Below, one piece after another: positions 26,365-38,855 of a stretch of DNA of 64,000 nt; the stretch's first letter is position 1; every line of letters begins with the position of its first letter. A model generated the notes under the pieces. It was not told the origin of the DNA and did not search any database. It was given only the letters and a program-made list of their open reading frames with translations. The translations under genes and the position numbers were made by a program. Source of the DNA: Podospora anserina (Eukaryota); contig CM030337.1 of NCBI GenBank assembly GCA_017654855.1, positions 1,426,001 through 1,490,000 on the forward strand. Direction: 5' to 3'.

Positions 26365-29304
26365 ATGGCGCAGGACAGCGACCTGTCGAAGACCGCCGAC
26401 AAGGGCAAGGGGAAGGCTGTAGATGACGAGACACAGAAGGACAAGGCCGCTCAGCCTGTGGAGAATGGAAAGAAGGATGATGACAAGGCTGAGAGTGCGT
26501 TGACATTTGCATGGGCATCATCGACAGCAGAAGCGCTTGCTAACACCATGGTATAGCTTCAGAAGAGCTTAGCGAGGAGGACCAGCAGCTGAAGAACGAG
26601 CTTGATATGATCGTTGAGCGGCTGACTGTGCGTTGCCATTTGATTGTCCTTGTTGCTGTGGAACATCTACTTAACTGTCTAACAGGAATCCGATACGTCC
26701 CTCTACAAGCCAGCATTGGAGGCTCTAGGGAGCTCGATCAAGACCTCAACCTCTTCTATGACAGCTGTCCCGAAGCCCTTGAAGTTTTTACGTCCACATT
26801 ACGAGACCCTGACGAAGCTCTACGATGAATGGCCAGCGAGCGATGACAAGAACTCCCTTGCCGATGTGCTCTCGGTGATCGGCATGACCTTTTCTGACGA
26901 AGACCGCCAAGATACTCTCAAGTACCGATTGCTTGCGCCTACGCAAGATATCAGCTCATGGGGTCATGAGTATGTTAGGCATCTTGCTCTGGAGATCGGC
27001 GAGGTCTACGGGAAGCGCATTGCCGCCGATGAGCCAACAGCGGACCTTGTGGACCTTGCCTTGGCCTTGGTTCCCCTGTTTCTCAAGAGCAATCAGGAGG
27101 CCGACGCTGTCGATCTAATGAGCGAGCGTAAGACTTGCCTCCCTCGATTTTTTTTAGGAACCTGGAAGGCTAACATCATCGCTCATAGTCGAGATTATCG
27201 AAGAGCTGCCAAAGTTCGTGGACGAGAACACATATGGGAGAGTCTGCTTGTACATGGTGTCCATGGTCAACCTGCTCACATACCCCGACAACGAACAGTT
27301 CCTCCGTGTAGCCCATGATATCTACAAGACCTACAAGCAGTACACACAGGCCATGGTGCTTGCCATCAGACTCAACGACCTCGAACTCATTGAAGCCGAC
27401 TTCCAAGATGCCCCTGATCTGGCGCTCAAGAAGCAGCTTTCCTACTTGGTTGCGCGCCAAAGAATATGGCTCGACAGCGATAAGACCGATGACGAGGAAA
27501 TTCAAGAGTGCCTCTCTAACGTCAAGCTTCCCGATCACTTCAAGGCCCTGGGCAAGGAGCTTAACATTCTCGAGCCCAAGACCACCGAAGACATCTACAA
27601 GAGCCACCTCGAGAGCAGCCGCGTCGCCGGCCTGACCAACTTTGACTCGGCCCGCCACAATTTGGCTGCCGCATTCGTCAACGGGTTCGTGAACGCAGGC
27701 TTCGGAAACGACAAGATGATGCTGGTTGCAGGCGACAAGGAGAGCTGGGTATGGAAGACAAAGGATGAGGGTATGATGTCCACAGTGGCCTCTCTGGGCA
27801 CGCTTCTCATGTGGGACATCGAGAATGGGCTTGATCAGGTAGATAAGTACACCTATCTTGAGGAGGAGCCAATCCAGGCCGGTGCTTATCTTGCAATTGG
27901 CATCATGAACTCTGGCGTTCGGTTGGACTCTGAGCCTGCCATGGCTCTTCTTGCAGACAACGACAAACTTGCCCACAAGAACCCGCTGATCAGGGTATCG
28001 GCGATTATGGGATTAGGTCTTGCTTATGCTGGGTCTAACAAGGCAGAGCTTTTGGACTTCCTGTTGCCCATCATCACCGATACGACTCAGCAGATGCGGG
28101 TATCCGCCATGGCTGCTCTTGCTTGCGGGTTGGTATTCGTGGGCTCTTCTAACCCCGAAGTTACCGAGGCCATTATCACCACGCTCTTGGACGATGACCG
28201 CAAGGGTCAACTCACCGACAAGTGGACACGATTCCTTGCTCTTGGCCTGGGTCTTTTGTTCTTCGGGCGCCAAGAGGAGGTAGATGTCATTCTGGAGACT
28301 CTCAAGGCGGTCGAGCACCCGATGGCGAAGCCTACCTCTGTCCTTGCTTCGATCTGCGCTTGGGCCGGAACTGGTGCTGTGTTGAAGATTCAGGAGCTGC
28401 TCCACATTTGCAACGAGCACTTGGAGGAGTCAGAAGAGAAAAAGGGCGACGAGCTCTTGCAGGCCTATGCTGTTCTCGGTATCGGTATTATTGCGATGGG
28501 TGAGGATGTCGGCCAGGAAATGGTTCTCCGGCAGTTCGGCCACCTCATGCACTATGGCGAGGCCAACATTCGCCGAGCCGTACCCCTGGCTATGGCTCTT
28601 GTCAGCCCAAGTAATCCCCAGATGAAGGTGTACGATACACTTTCTAGATACAGTCACGACAACGATAATGATGTTGCCATCAACGCCATCTTTGCCATGG
28701 GTCTGGTCGGTGCCGGTACCAACAACGCCAGGTTGGCTCAGCTTCTCCGCCAGCTTGCGAGCTATTATCACCGGGATCAGGAAACCCTCTTTATGGTCCG
28801 CATTGCGCAGGGTCTTGTTCACATGGGCAAGGGCACCCTCTCCATCAACCCCTTCCACACCGATCGCCAGATTCTGTCGCGGGTATCGGCTGCTGGTCTC
28901 CTCACTGTTCTTGTGGCGATGATTGATGCCAAGCAGTTCATCACCTCGGACTCGCATTATCTGCTTTACTTCCTTGTCACAGCTATGCATCCACGCTTCC
29001 TTGTAACGTTGGACGAGAACCTCAAGCCATTGACTGTCAACGTGCGCGTTGGTCAGGCTGTGGATGTGGTTGGCCAGGCTGGTCGCCCCAAGACGATCAC
29101 TGGGTGGCAGACACAGAGCACGCCAGTGTTGTTGGCGCATGGTGAGCGTGCTGAGTTGGAAGATGAGGAGTATATTAGCTTGAGCAGTACCCTGGAGGGT
29201 CTGGTTATTCTGCGCAAGGTAAGCATTTCCGGTTCACTTTCCCATTCTGCCAGGAGGCTGACATGCTTTTCTTACAGAACCCCGATTGGGAATCAGGCAA
29301 ATAA
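26365..29304 (+). CDS. RPN1: 26S proteasome regulatory subunit RPN1 (5 exons)
   Basis: STSSMTAVPKPLKFLRPHY, DSARHNLAAAFVNGFVNAGFGNDK, PC repeats and VRVGQAVDVVGQAGRPKTITGWQT. The last intron (29219-29277) gives ...LRK|NPDWESGK*. Confidence 0.97.
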
Positions 29305-30058
29305 GGGTCTTGTGTCAGCGGAAGGGTAGGGTAGGGTATTTGGTGGTTTCTAGCAATAGGTTTTTCTTACCTACCTCGCGAAGTGATAGAGGAGGGGAAA
29401 AGAGGGCTTTTATGCGACACTACATTGTACAGTACAAATAAAGGATTGGACTTGCTGAGCGTTCAAGCAAATTGAAGCGCAAGTCGAATTGCCCTTGTAG
29501 GTCTCCAACCTATTTTGGTTTCAAGATACAGCCTCACCTCCATTGCCATAAGCTATATCACCAAGCCATTGTCAATCCTGCTAACCTCCCCTTTTCTTTT
29601 TATCTCCCGCAAAACTCAACGCGATCTGCTTTCATTGTCATCTGCTTCTCTTCTCCTTGTTGGCAAGAGAGATATATTTTGTGAGATTGGCGGACGGAGT
29701 GCTATGATGCTACAGGAACACACAGAAACCACACTATCACACATGGCATCATCTTGACGGACACGTCGAGTATTGAGATCCGAACTACCCGTTTCCATGT
29801 CAAAATTCAATTCAACCGACGACGACGCTAAACGACCTGCTGTGAGGTCTCACAAGGTATTTGTTCTTGACAAGAGAAAAGAGCAGCGAGATATGAACCC
29901 GCAATATGACACACAGACATAGACGCAACGAGAGAGAGAAAGAGAGGAAAAAAGACAGATTCCATACAGACAGGACCCAACAACCTTATCCCCATCCCCA
30001 TTTTCAATCACACAACAAGCTCCATCTCTCCTCCTTTTCTTCCCTCCCATCCTGTCAC

Positions 30059-32248
30059 CTATTTATCCTTCTTAATCCCAAAAATATTCCTCTTCTTCTT
30101 CTTCTTCTCCTTATCCTCCCCCATTCCCACCGAAGCCCCTGTAGCAGTACTACTCGTCCTCTCATGGCCCCCACCTCCCCCCGACGGCCCCCCTGGGCCA
30201 CTACTCAACGTCATCTGCCCCAACGCCTTCGTTGGCGGCCTAGGACCCCCAGGGGGCATCTGCCCCCCCATTCCCATCCCTGGCGCCCCACCCCCGGGTT
30301 GCGGCGGCCTCACCTGCTGCTGCGGTGGCGGCGCCGGCCGTTCAAACAGATGCGCGGGCGCCTTCTTGGGGGGCTCATCCATCGGCAGCTTCAACCTCCT
30401 CCTATCCGACTTCAGATGCCGCAAATCTTCGACGAATTTATTCGGCGTCTGCATGTGCGACGTAACCAAGTAAACATCTCGATTGTGTTTTTCGGATACT
30501 TCATAGCAGGCTCTAGCTTCGGAATACGTCGCTCCACCCGCGACAAAAACAATGATGCGCTGTCGGTTTTCAACTTGGCGGCGGTTGGCAGAAGCCCACC
30601 TCGGAGCGGCAGAGCGGAGGGAGCCCTGGGTTTGAAACGCGTCATCCGCCTGTCCGCCTGCTTGGGGTGGGATGACATAAGGGAAGGAAGTCTGATCCAA
30701 GGTTCCAGAGCAGAGGTCTTCAAGCATGTGTTTAACCGCTGGTTCGAATCTCGAGAGGGCATATTCCTCGCTCTGGACAGCGGTTTTCGTATTAGGGGGG
30801 AAGAGAGGGGTGTTGGGTTGACGTGGGGGGACCTCTTTGAGTTGAGCTTTCAGGGGGCGAGCACCGAGTAATTCGAGGTTTTCTATCGCTGCCTTGTCGG
30901 TACTTTCTCTAGATCGTTGCAACGATGCATGCCATAACAACCGAAGAAGATCCTGGTCGATCATCCCGTCGCGGTAGAGGGCGTACAGCGCCACGAGCCG
31001 GAGACGGTCGGTGGGGGCAACGTCTTGGTCGTCTAGCAGACGAACAACTTGGTCGAGGATATTTTTGGGCTTCTTGAGGTCTTCGTCGAGGCCGGTGGCG
31101 AGGGTTTGTTCCACTGAGGCCACCTCGGAGAGCTTGAACTTTTGGAAGATGTTCATGGCTTCTTGCGCCATGGTAAGATGTAGACTATAGGCTTGCTTCA
31201 TCTCTTGGAACTGAGGGAGGCCGGCCAACATATCTCGAATGTCGTTGAGGCTGGTCTCGTTTTCGTTCTTTCCGGCGAAGTTGGGGTTTTTCTCGATGAA
31301 ACTCTTGAAGTCTCCCATCAGCTTCGCGATTGTATCCGCCATGTGCTTGTGCCTGTTGTCCACCCATAACTTGTCTTTCTCGGTTATCTCCACATCCTTC
31401 TCTTCGGCCTGGGGTAACCCTTCGTTGATCACCATATGATAGGTAACTGTTCCGTTTGGTTGCTCCCTGAGCGGTAGTACATCGTGGATGAATGATTGGT
31501 AGGAGAACTCGTGAAGTAACGGCGCCATCAGATCCATAGACCGGTCCGTGATTAGCAACACTGACTGAGGCCGGGTAGTTTGTGGCGGAAAGTTCTGGTC
31601 CACTTTTTGTAGCCGCTCGATCTCGTTTTGGAGGAAGCGAGCCAGGTGAAAGGAAAGAACTCCAGCTTCATGGGTCGCGGTCTGCGGCGCATAGTAGCGT
31701 ATCCTCGGTGCTTCTCCAAGCGTGTGGCAGACAGAAGCTATCTTTTGCGCCAACGTCGTCAAGTGCCGTGCTACTAGATCATTGCAACTGGGATTATATA
31801 GCACTTGAAAGCTGGACGGGTCTTGGAAGGTAACCAAGTGTGATTCTCGGGGGTAGAAGTCGACGAAGAGGTTTTGAGGGGGAGCTGCTATTTGCCTCCG
31901 GGCAGCATCAACACGCCGTGCTAGGGCATCGGGCAGAACCCCGGTCCATATCAAAAAAGCACTTCGGTAGCGGCGGCGTTCGAAATCGGCCATGAGGCAA
32001 TCGACGGCAAATGGTGTAGGCGATATCACGTAAATTGCGTCCATGGTTGGATTGGGCTCCCGGCGCTCCTCGATCCTCTCGATGTTCGCGATATTATGGT
32101 TGAGAATGTCATCTTCGTTGACGGTGGTGTCGAGAATCGCCTGTGTCGTCTCATCGAGCACCAAAACCTTCCAATCTCCTCGGGTGGTAATACGAATGAT
32201 GTCGATGATGGACTTTTGGTGCTCCTTGATTATCGAGACTCCCTCCAT
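30059..32248 (-). CDS. SEC1: Sec1/Munc18 exocytic SM protein
   Basis: 729-aa ORF with WKVLVLD, DRSMDLMAPLLHEFSYQ and RIIVFVAGGATYSE, ending in a polybasic C-terminus. Confidence 0.95.
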   Translation of the reverse strand: MEGVSIIKEHQKSIIDIIRITTRGDWKVLVLDETTQAILDTTVNEDDILNHNIANIERIEERREPNPTMDAIYVISPTPFAVDCLMADFERRRYRSAFLIWTGVLPDALARRVDAARRQIAAPPQNLFVDFYPRESHLVTFQDPSSFQVLYNPSCNDLVARHLTTLAQKIASVCHTLGEAPRIRYYAPQTATHEAGVLSFHLARFLQNEIERLQKVDQNFPPQTTRPQSVLLITDRSMDLMAPLLHEFSYQSFIHDVLPLREQPNGTVTYHMVINEGLPQAEEKDVEITEKDKLWVDNRHKHMADTIAKLMGDFKSFIEKNPNFAGKNENETSLNDIRDMLAGLPQFQEMKQAYSLHLTMAQEAMNIFQKFKLSEVASVEQTLATGLDEDLKKPKNILDQVVRLLDDQDVAPTDRLRLVALYALYRDGMIDQDLLRLLWHASLQRSRESTDKAAIENLELLGARPLKAQLKEVPPRQPNTPLFPPNTKTAVQSEEYALSRFEPAVKHMLEDLCSGTLDQTSFPYVIPPQAGGQADDAFQTQGSLRSAAPRWASANRRQVENRQRIIVFVAGGATYSEARACYEVSEKHNRDVYLVTSHMQTPNKFVEDLRHLKSDRRRLKLPMDEPPKKAPAHLFERPAPPPQQQVRPPQPGGGAPGMGMGGQMPPGGPRPPTKALGQMTLSSGPGGPSGGGGGHERTSSTATGASVGMGEDKEKKKKKRNIFGIKKDK

Positions 32249-33897
32249 TGCGGGCGCGATCAGGCCGGACCCTGGTTCAGGTTCTCGGCACTCGGCAAGG
32301 TGTCTAGGATCTGGGGTGTCTCGAAGAATGTACGGAAGGGTTGCCGGTCAGGAATTCAATTTCGCAATCAAGCAGTGCCAGACAGGAGCAGAGGCAGGAT
32401 TTCTGACGTTGCGATCAAGCCGAAACTCGAAACACGGAGCGCAAGTTGGGCCTACTGCAAGACGTCCCCACTACAACTGCCAGCAACAGGATCGCGGCGC
32501 GTGCCACCCGCCGAGCCTCCTGCAGCCCATAACCCTAACCCTTTCAAGCTAGGCATTGAGGTATTGGGGTCCATGTTATCGATAAGCCCCCGCATTCTTC
32601 AGTGGACCTTTAACCACAGCCAAGGAAATGGTTTGGCAATGATCTCATTCCCAGACTCCATTTCAGTTTCTTCGAGCTTTGTTGAAAACCAGCCTCCTCA
32701 ACAGTTTGAGGCGAATAGATATACGAGAGTGCTGCCTAGATTTTGTATTACCATAGCAAAAGCATTGAACATGACCCAGAGACCTGGTTACCGGACGGCT
32801 GAGGTTCCATTCTTCAAGCACGGTGCACCGGGTGCAGTTTTGGTGGGTGCTGGGCACTGGCCTTGCTGCACCACTACGGCGCGGGAACCCTTGGCTCCGA
32901 TCGAGTTCCATAGCCCAGCCCCCCCGCAGTCGATTGCCGTAGGGTGCCGTGAGTCTGCCAATTGGTCTCCCCCGATTAATGATCACAGATATTCCGACAG
33001 TTTGGAACCGACATTATGAGCCGCAATGCGGGCTTTGCGTAACGGCATGGGAAAGGGGTGTTTTGGTGATAACCTCGGAAGCAATAACATCGTGAGATGG
33101 CCTGGTGAAGCATCAACCCGCCTCCCCCCTCGACGACGGCGTTTCGACGCCGATCACCAGGCCGGCCCAATGTTTGACCGAGCTACAGAAACCGTACATG
33201 AGCCCTCCGGTCTGCGGGGAAGCCGGAAATACATGAAAGACTCCCAGGATCATCTTCCCTCCATGATCCCATCGAACCACCAGACCGCTTCACAAGCACA
33301 GCCCACCTTTGCCCACGTTGCGTACCTTGACCTTGCTCTCAGGAGAGACGAAAGCGGCCGCTATCCCTCGTCTGGTTTTCACTACTTCTTCATTACTGCA
33401 TGTCACACATGGCTGGTGATACGACTGCATCACTGGCTTGGCCTTGACAATGTCCCTCCAATCGACAAGGCTTCTCGCTTGCCATTTCCTGCATGCTTCT
33501 CTTATCAGAATGTAAGTTGTCGGTGAACCCCACCAGAAACTAGGATCTTAGCTCTTCGATCCCCTGTTTGCTCATATTAGACGCATACATGGGACATGAC
33601 CTACATGACAGAACTGTGAATGTCATGGGGAGGAGCGCAAGAATTCCACCACGCAAGAATTCATGAGTGAATATCCGAATGAGGATGCTAGACCCGCTTG
33701 CCCACTAGCAATGGGAGCAACAGGATGAGGATGGGATGGTCTCTTAAGGGCGGGTGCTCGCCACGGCTTGACTAGAAAATACAATCGTACTCTTGTCCCG
33801 TGTCCTTCTCTCGCGACCCCAACGTAGTCTTGACACTTGTTGCTGCCCTCGACCTCTTGTGTTCACTTACGGGACACAACCGTCCCAATCGCCCATC

Positions 33898-35680
33898 ATG
33901 AGTCACTCTCAGGACTCCGACCTCGAGAGACAGGAGCCTCACACCTTCAAGAGCGCCCTGACATCCATCCTCACCGTCAAGGATGGCGAGGTCTACGAGA
34001 CTCATCCTGACAAGAATCCCAAGTGGTACCAGAAGCTGCTTGACATCGGCGTCGAAGAGAATGGCATCAAGCCAGTACCGCTTGAGCAGCGGACGTGTAC
34101 GCAGTACAACAACTTGTTCACGGTCTTCTTCACCTGTCTTCTCTGTCTACTTCCGTGGGTCCATTTTCCCGTATTCCTGTCAGCATGGACCTCACTAACC
34201 CGAAGGATCTGGCCCCAGTATCCCAACCGGCATGCTCGCCACGTTGGGCATGGGCATGAACTTGAGAGACGCCTCTCTCGTCATCGTTTTCTTTGCCATG
34301 TTGACTTGCATTCCGCCTGCCTTTATGGTGATTGGTGGCATGGAGACTGGGCTAAGGCAGTTGATTCAAGCGAGATATTCCTTTGGGTACGTATTGCTCA
34401 CTCTTCCTCCCCTATTTATCATTTTTCCTCTTTCCATCTAGTCGAAATACTAACCAGCCTAGCCGCTACCTCGTCACCATTCCCCTTCTCCTCAACGCTG
34501 CCACTCTAACTGGCTTTTCCTTGCTCTCAGCCGTGGTGGGCGGCCAAACCCTCGCCTCTCTCAACCCAGATCAACTTTCGGTCAACATCGGTATTATCAT
34601 CACCTGTCTTGTCTCCTTTGCCGTCTCCCTCTTTGGCTTCAAGGCAGTCCACTTCTGGGAAAGATGGACCTGGATCCCCAACCTCATCGCCATTGCCATT
34701 GCCTTGGGCTGTGGCGGCAAGTATCTTCACCTGCAGACAAACAACCCACCGGCAACCGCTTCTCAGGTCATGACGTTGGGTGCTCTGATCGCGGGGTATT
34801 TCATTACATTTGGAGGCACGGTGTCAGATTACAGCATCTACCACAAACCAAACGTTGTGTCTCGGTAAGCCTCCCCCTTTTCTTCTCTATCCAGACAACG
34901 TCAAAACACTGCCCGTCTTGTGTTCTCCTAAAGCATCCCACACCGAGTTTCTAACCACCCTTGTCCCCGCCAAATTCCAGATTCCGCGTCTTCGCCTACA
35001 CCTACTTCGGCCTCCTCCTCCCGTCGGTCCCCCTTCTCATCCTCGGCGCCGCGATAGGAGGCTGCACCCCCAACATACCCTCCTGGTCCGCCGCCTACGC
35101 CACCACAGGAATAGGAGGCATCTTGTACCAAATGCTCGTCTCCGTCCTCGGCAACTTTGGGAAATTCATCCTCGTCCTTTTGGCCCTCTCCGTCATAGGA
35201 AACATTGCCATCTCGATGTACTCTATCAGCGTCAACCTCCAGCAGCTCCTGCCGTTTTTCGCACAAGTTCATCGGTTTTTCTTTAGTTTTGTGGCCATGG
35301 GACTGTTAATTCCGTTTGCGATCAAGGCGGCTGAGGCGTGGGAGGAAAGTTTGACGAACTTCCTCGCGGTGATTGGGTATTGGGCTGGGTGTTTTGATGC
35401 GGTTGTCATAACAGAATTGGTGGTGTTTAGAAAGGGGGATTATAGCAGTCATGATCACAAGATCTGGAATGTTGGACGGAAATTACCGCCGGGGGTGGCG
35501 GCGCTGGGAGCGAGTTTGTTGAGTTTGGGATTGGTGGTTCCGGGAATGGCGGCGCCGTGGTATACGGGCCCGTTGGCGAAGGTTACGGGGGATATTGGGT
35601 TTGAGAGCGCTTTTGTCGTGACGGGGTTGGGGTATTTGGTTTTGAGGTGGGTTGAGATCAAGGTGGTGGGACATGTTTGA
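33898..35680 (+). CDS. Purine-cytosine permease-like NCS1 transporter (FCY2/TPN1 family), 4 exons
   Basis: VEENGIKPVPLEQR, GLRQLIQARYSFG, DYSIY and NFLAVIGYW, with many TM segments. Introns at about 34155-34218, 34388-34462 and 34865-34980. Confidence 0.9.
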
Positions 35681-35745
35681 TTTGTTTAAATGGCATACTT
35701 GGCATGTATATGCCTAAACAGACAGTTAACCTAGTATTAGCTGGC

Positions 35746-36528
35746 TCAACTGCGCAAAATCCTCCCGCAAAGCACCACGTCTTCGCCGTGAGGTTGCCAG
35801 GATACATCCCGCAGCTTCAGTTGTGACGTCTGTCCTTGTTGTCGTGAGGGTGAGACTACCACCCCGCCTTTGCCGAGCCAAGTTGGGGCGATGGTGATGA
35901 TTACCGAGTCGACGAGGCGGTTCTCTGGGTCGATGAGGAGAGAGTTGATCACCTCCCCTCCTCCCTCTACCATGACACTTCTCACTCCTTGCTCCCCCAA
36001 AACACTTAACACATCCCCCCATTTAAACCTCCCGTCCTCCCCCGTTTCCAAAACCAAAAACTTGCCCCCTACACGTTCCAGCAACTCTCCCCGTTCCTTA
36101 GTCTCCCCTCCCCTCTTAGTCACCACCCAAGGGCCCTTCCCCTTAAACTCAGCCGCTAGACGGATTACCTGGCTGTCCTCGGTGAAGTCCCAGCGACCTT
36201 TTGGGTCGAGGATGATAGGGCGGGGTTGTTGGTCGAGAGAGGTGATGCTTCCTAGCCGGGAGTTGAGGGCTGGGTTGTCGACGAGTGCGGTGGTGCACCC
36301 GACGAGGATGGCGTTGTGGCGGGTGCGGAGGTAGTGCGTCATTGATTTGGAGTAAGGGCCGGAAAGGGTTGTGCGGACGCCTGGGGCGAGGGAGAGGGAC
36401 GCATCGAGGGAGGTGGCGTAGGTGAGGGTTAGGTGTGGTTTTGAGCTTGGAGAGGGGGAGGTAAGGGGGAGGTAGGGTTCTAGGGGTGGAATGGAGGTGG
36501 GGGGGAAGGAGAGGGTTTCGCGGGACAT
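35746..36528 (-). CDS. RIB7: 2,5-diamino-6-ribosylamino-4(3H)-pyrimidinone 5'-phosphate reductase (riboflavin synthesis, RibD_C fold)
   Basis: TLTYATSLDASL, SMTHYLRTRHNAILVG, DNPALNSR and SVMVEGGGEVI. Start taken at MSRETL (36528). Confidence 0.93.
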   Translation of the reverse strand: MSRETLSFPPTSIPPLEPYLPLTSPSPSSKPHLTLTYATSLDASLSLAPGVRTTLSGPYSKSMTHYLRTRHNAILVGCTTALVDNPALNSRLGSITSLDQQPRPIILDPKGRWDFTEDSQVIRLAAEFKGKGPWVVTKRGGETKERGELLERVGGKFLVLETGEDGRFKWGDVLSVLGEQGVRSVMVEGGGEVINSLLIDPENRLVDSVIITIAPTWLGKGGVVVSPSRQQGQTSQLKLRDVSWQPHGEDVVLCGRILRS

Positions 36529-37803
36529 TTTTATATTGGGGGTATGATGTGTAGATGCAAGTGGTGGTGTATAAGCGGGGCAGGTATATGTGAGTTCAAT
36601 ATGAGACCAAAAGGCCTCAAGTTGCTGGCTGTGGTGATTCACCCCTGCCAAGAAATAAGGGGTAAGACAATCGGTCAGAAAAAAAGCCGGTGGTGTAACT
36701 TTGACCGGGGATCAGAGCCAACGGAGGTGAGGCGGTCTCGATCGGCCGGTGCAAATACCGGCGATGACTGCAAAGGTGGGTTGCTGATGCGATGATGCCA
36801 CACAAAGAGCAATCATGATCAGTTGTCAATCAAGAGGCCGCCGATGACAGCAGTCACTGGCAGCTGGCAGTGTAGCTTGTGCAGAAGCAAGGAACAATCA
36901 ATGTGGGGTTCATAACTTGCATTAAATGCCACGAGGTTGCAGCGATGGCTTGTGGATAACTCCTCATCAAACACTCCACTCTATCCTTCTCGAAGGCAAG
37001 GCTTACTCGCTGACACGAACGCCATAGACGCTCTCATATGATAGACGCTGGTTTCACTCACGCTCAAGACTTGATGTAGCTACATGGATAAGAGATGGTT
37101 GACGACGCTTCGTGGCGCAGCCGCCGGAGTTCTAGAATGCAGAGTGTCAATCTTCCAAAATGTAGTGGCACATGATAGGGGACCTGAATGAGACACCCAA
37201 GGTTTGACCGGAGCAGAACATCAGGCTCTGAGAGCAACCCTCCCGAGGCTCCCGTGATTTGCCATTGAATCCCGTTCTTTGTCCGTGGTTGACACATTTG
37301 TCGAGCTCTCCCTTGGTTCCCCTCTTCTCTTCGTCTGGTCTTTTGCTCTCCACCACCTGGAATTGAATTATTGCAAAAAGAAACACGGATCGTCCGAGTA
37401 TCTCTCAAGTATCATATGTACGCGTTAGCTTGAGGCTTGAGGCCAGCTGCGCACCCGACCTGTGTCCTATAACTCAGCGCACTCTTGCCCCGCACCCCGG
37501 AAGCGGACTTGCGCCTCGTCACCCGCGACCGTTCCATCCAAATTTCAGATTTCGACCCGAGCGAACAACAAAGTTTCCCACCCTGGTCATCGCCACGCAA
37601 GGACAAACCTTGATAAACCGAACCACCCCATCTTCTTTACCTCGCTTAATTTGGCTATCGCAAACTCCTTCCCCGAACTCCCCTATTTTATTCACCACAA
37701 CAAGCAAACCAAACTCCAGTCGCCTCTCCGATTTCGCATCGTCGTCGTCGCTGTCGCGGATCGCCTAATCATCGTCGTTCATCAATCAAATCCGTCAATC
37801 ACC

Positions 37804-38190
37804 ATGTCGCAAAAGCACGATCAGCCTCCCGCCTACGGCGCTCCTCCCCCCGGCGCTCCCCAGCAGGCTTACTACCCACCCCAGGGCGGCCCTCCTCCTC
37901 AGGGTCCCTATGATCAGCAACAGCCTTACTACCAGCAGGGCCCTCAGATGGGCTATGGCCAACAGCCACCTCCCGGCGCGTATTACCAGCAGCAGGGCCC
38001 GTATCCTCCTCAGGGACAGTACTACCCACCGCAGCAACAAGAGAAGAAGGGACCTGTGAGTGAACCCGACTGATATCCGCGCGTCGCGCAGATGCAGGAT
38101 GCCGATATTGACTGACTTCGATGGTAGGGTTTCTTCGAGGCGTGCTTGGCCGGTATGGCGTGTTGCTGCTGCTTGGACATCCTGTTCTAA
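37804..38190 (+). CDS. CYSTM-family Pro/Gln/Tyr-rich tail-anchored membrane protein; exons 37804-38055 and 38128-38190
   Basis: PPQG/YYQQ low-complexity body. The GTGAGT..ACTGAC..TAG intron gives the C-terminus EKKGP|GFFEACLAGMACCCCLDILF*, the CYSTM signature. Confidence 0.92.
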
Positions 38191-38747
38191 ACGAACACGA
38201 CCAATAAATACAACAATAAAACAGCGACAGAAGACAAAAAAGCAGGAGATGGAAATTCTGTCAGCACGATGGAGGAAGGTGAACCTTTATGTATGCCGCG
38301 CAGCGTGGGGGGGGGGAGCTCCGATGCGATTTTCCCGATCCTTGCACGCGGACCACCACCTGCAAGACACCATGCAGACCGGCGAATTCGACAAACGGCG
38401 CAGCAGGGCCAGGCATACGGTACTTCTTCTGAGAGCTTGCGGCGGCGAAACAGGGAGGATAGCGGTTTTACATATCTCTACCAGGAAGCAATGAACACAT
38501 GGGGCGTACCGGGGGGTTGCATTTCTCTAGGTTGTGATACGGGAGCACAACGCACAACAACATAACATGATGCGCACTGAGGGGGTTTTCTAGGATGTTA
38601 CGATGTGGAATATGTTGGCTATTCTGGAACTGGGGATTATTTGTTTACTTATCATTGTGTAATGAGTCGCTAAGGTGGCTTGGTTTTTTTAGTAAGGCAT
38701 AAAGTTGGAAGTAATAGAGTGTCAATTTCTGAGGTTAAATACCAACA

Positions 38748-38846
38748 GGCCGTGTAGCGCAATGGTAGCGCGTTACTTTCCGGTTTCAACTTCACTGTTA
38801 AATCTCCAGCTGGTAAAGGTTCTGGGTTCGAGTCCCAGCATGGTCG
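38748..38846 (+). tRNA. tRNA-Arg (anticodon CCG) with a 27-nt intron
   Basis: Acceptor stem GGCCGTG/CATGGTC, D arm GCGC-AATGGTA-GCGC, anticodon arm TTACT-TTCCGG[intron]T-GGTAA, T arm CTGGG-TTCGAGT-CCCAG, then T-runs downstream. Confidence 0.92.
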
Positions 38847-38855
38847 GTTTGTTTT

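Noticed and set aside
29906..30871. 321-aa plus-strand ORF
   Set aside because: Antisense to the G-rich SEC1 3' end; a low-complexity artefact.
32530..32541. TAACCCTAACCC telomere-like motif (similar near 17954)
   Set aside because: Only two units; expected by chance or as a short promoter motif.
32096..33019. 307-aa plus-strand ORF overlapping the SEC1 start
   Set aside because: Non-ATG start, antisense overlap and no family features.
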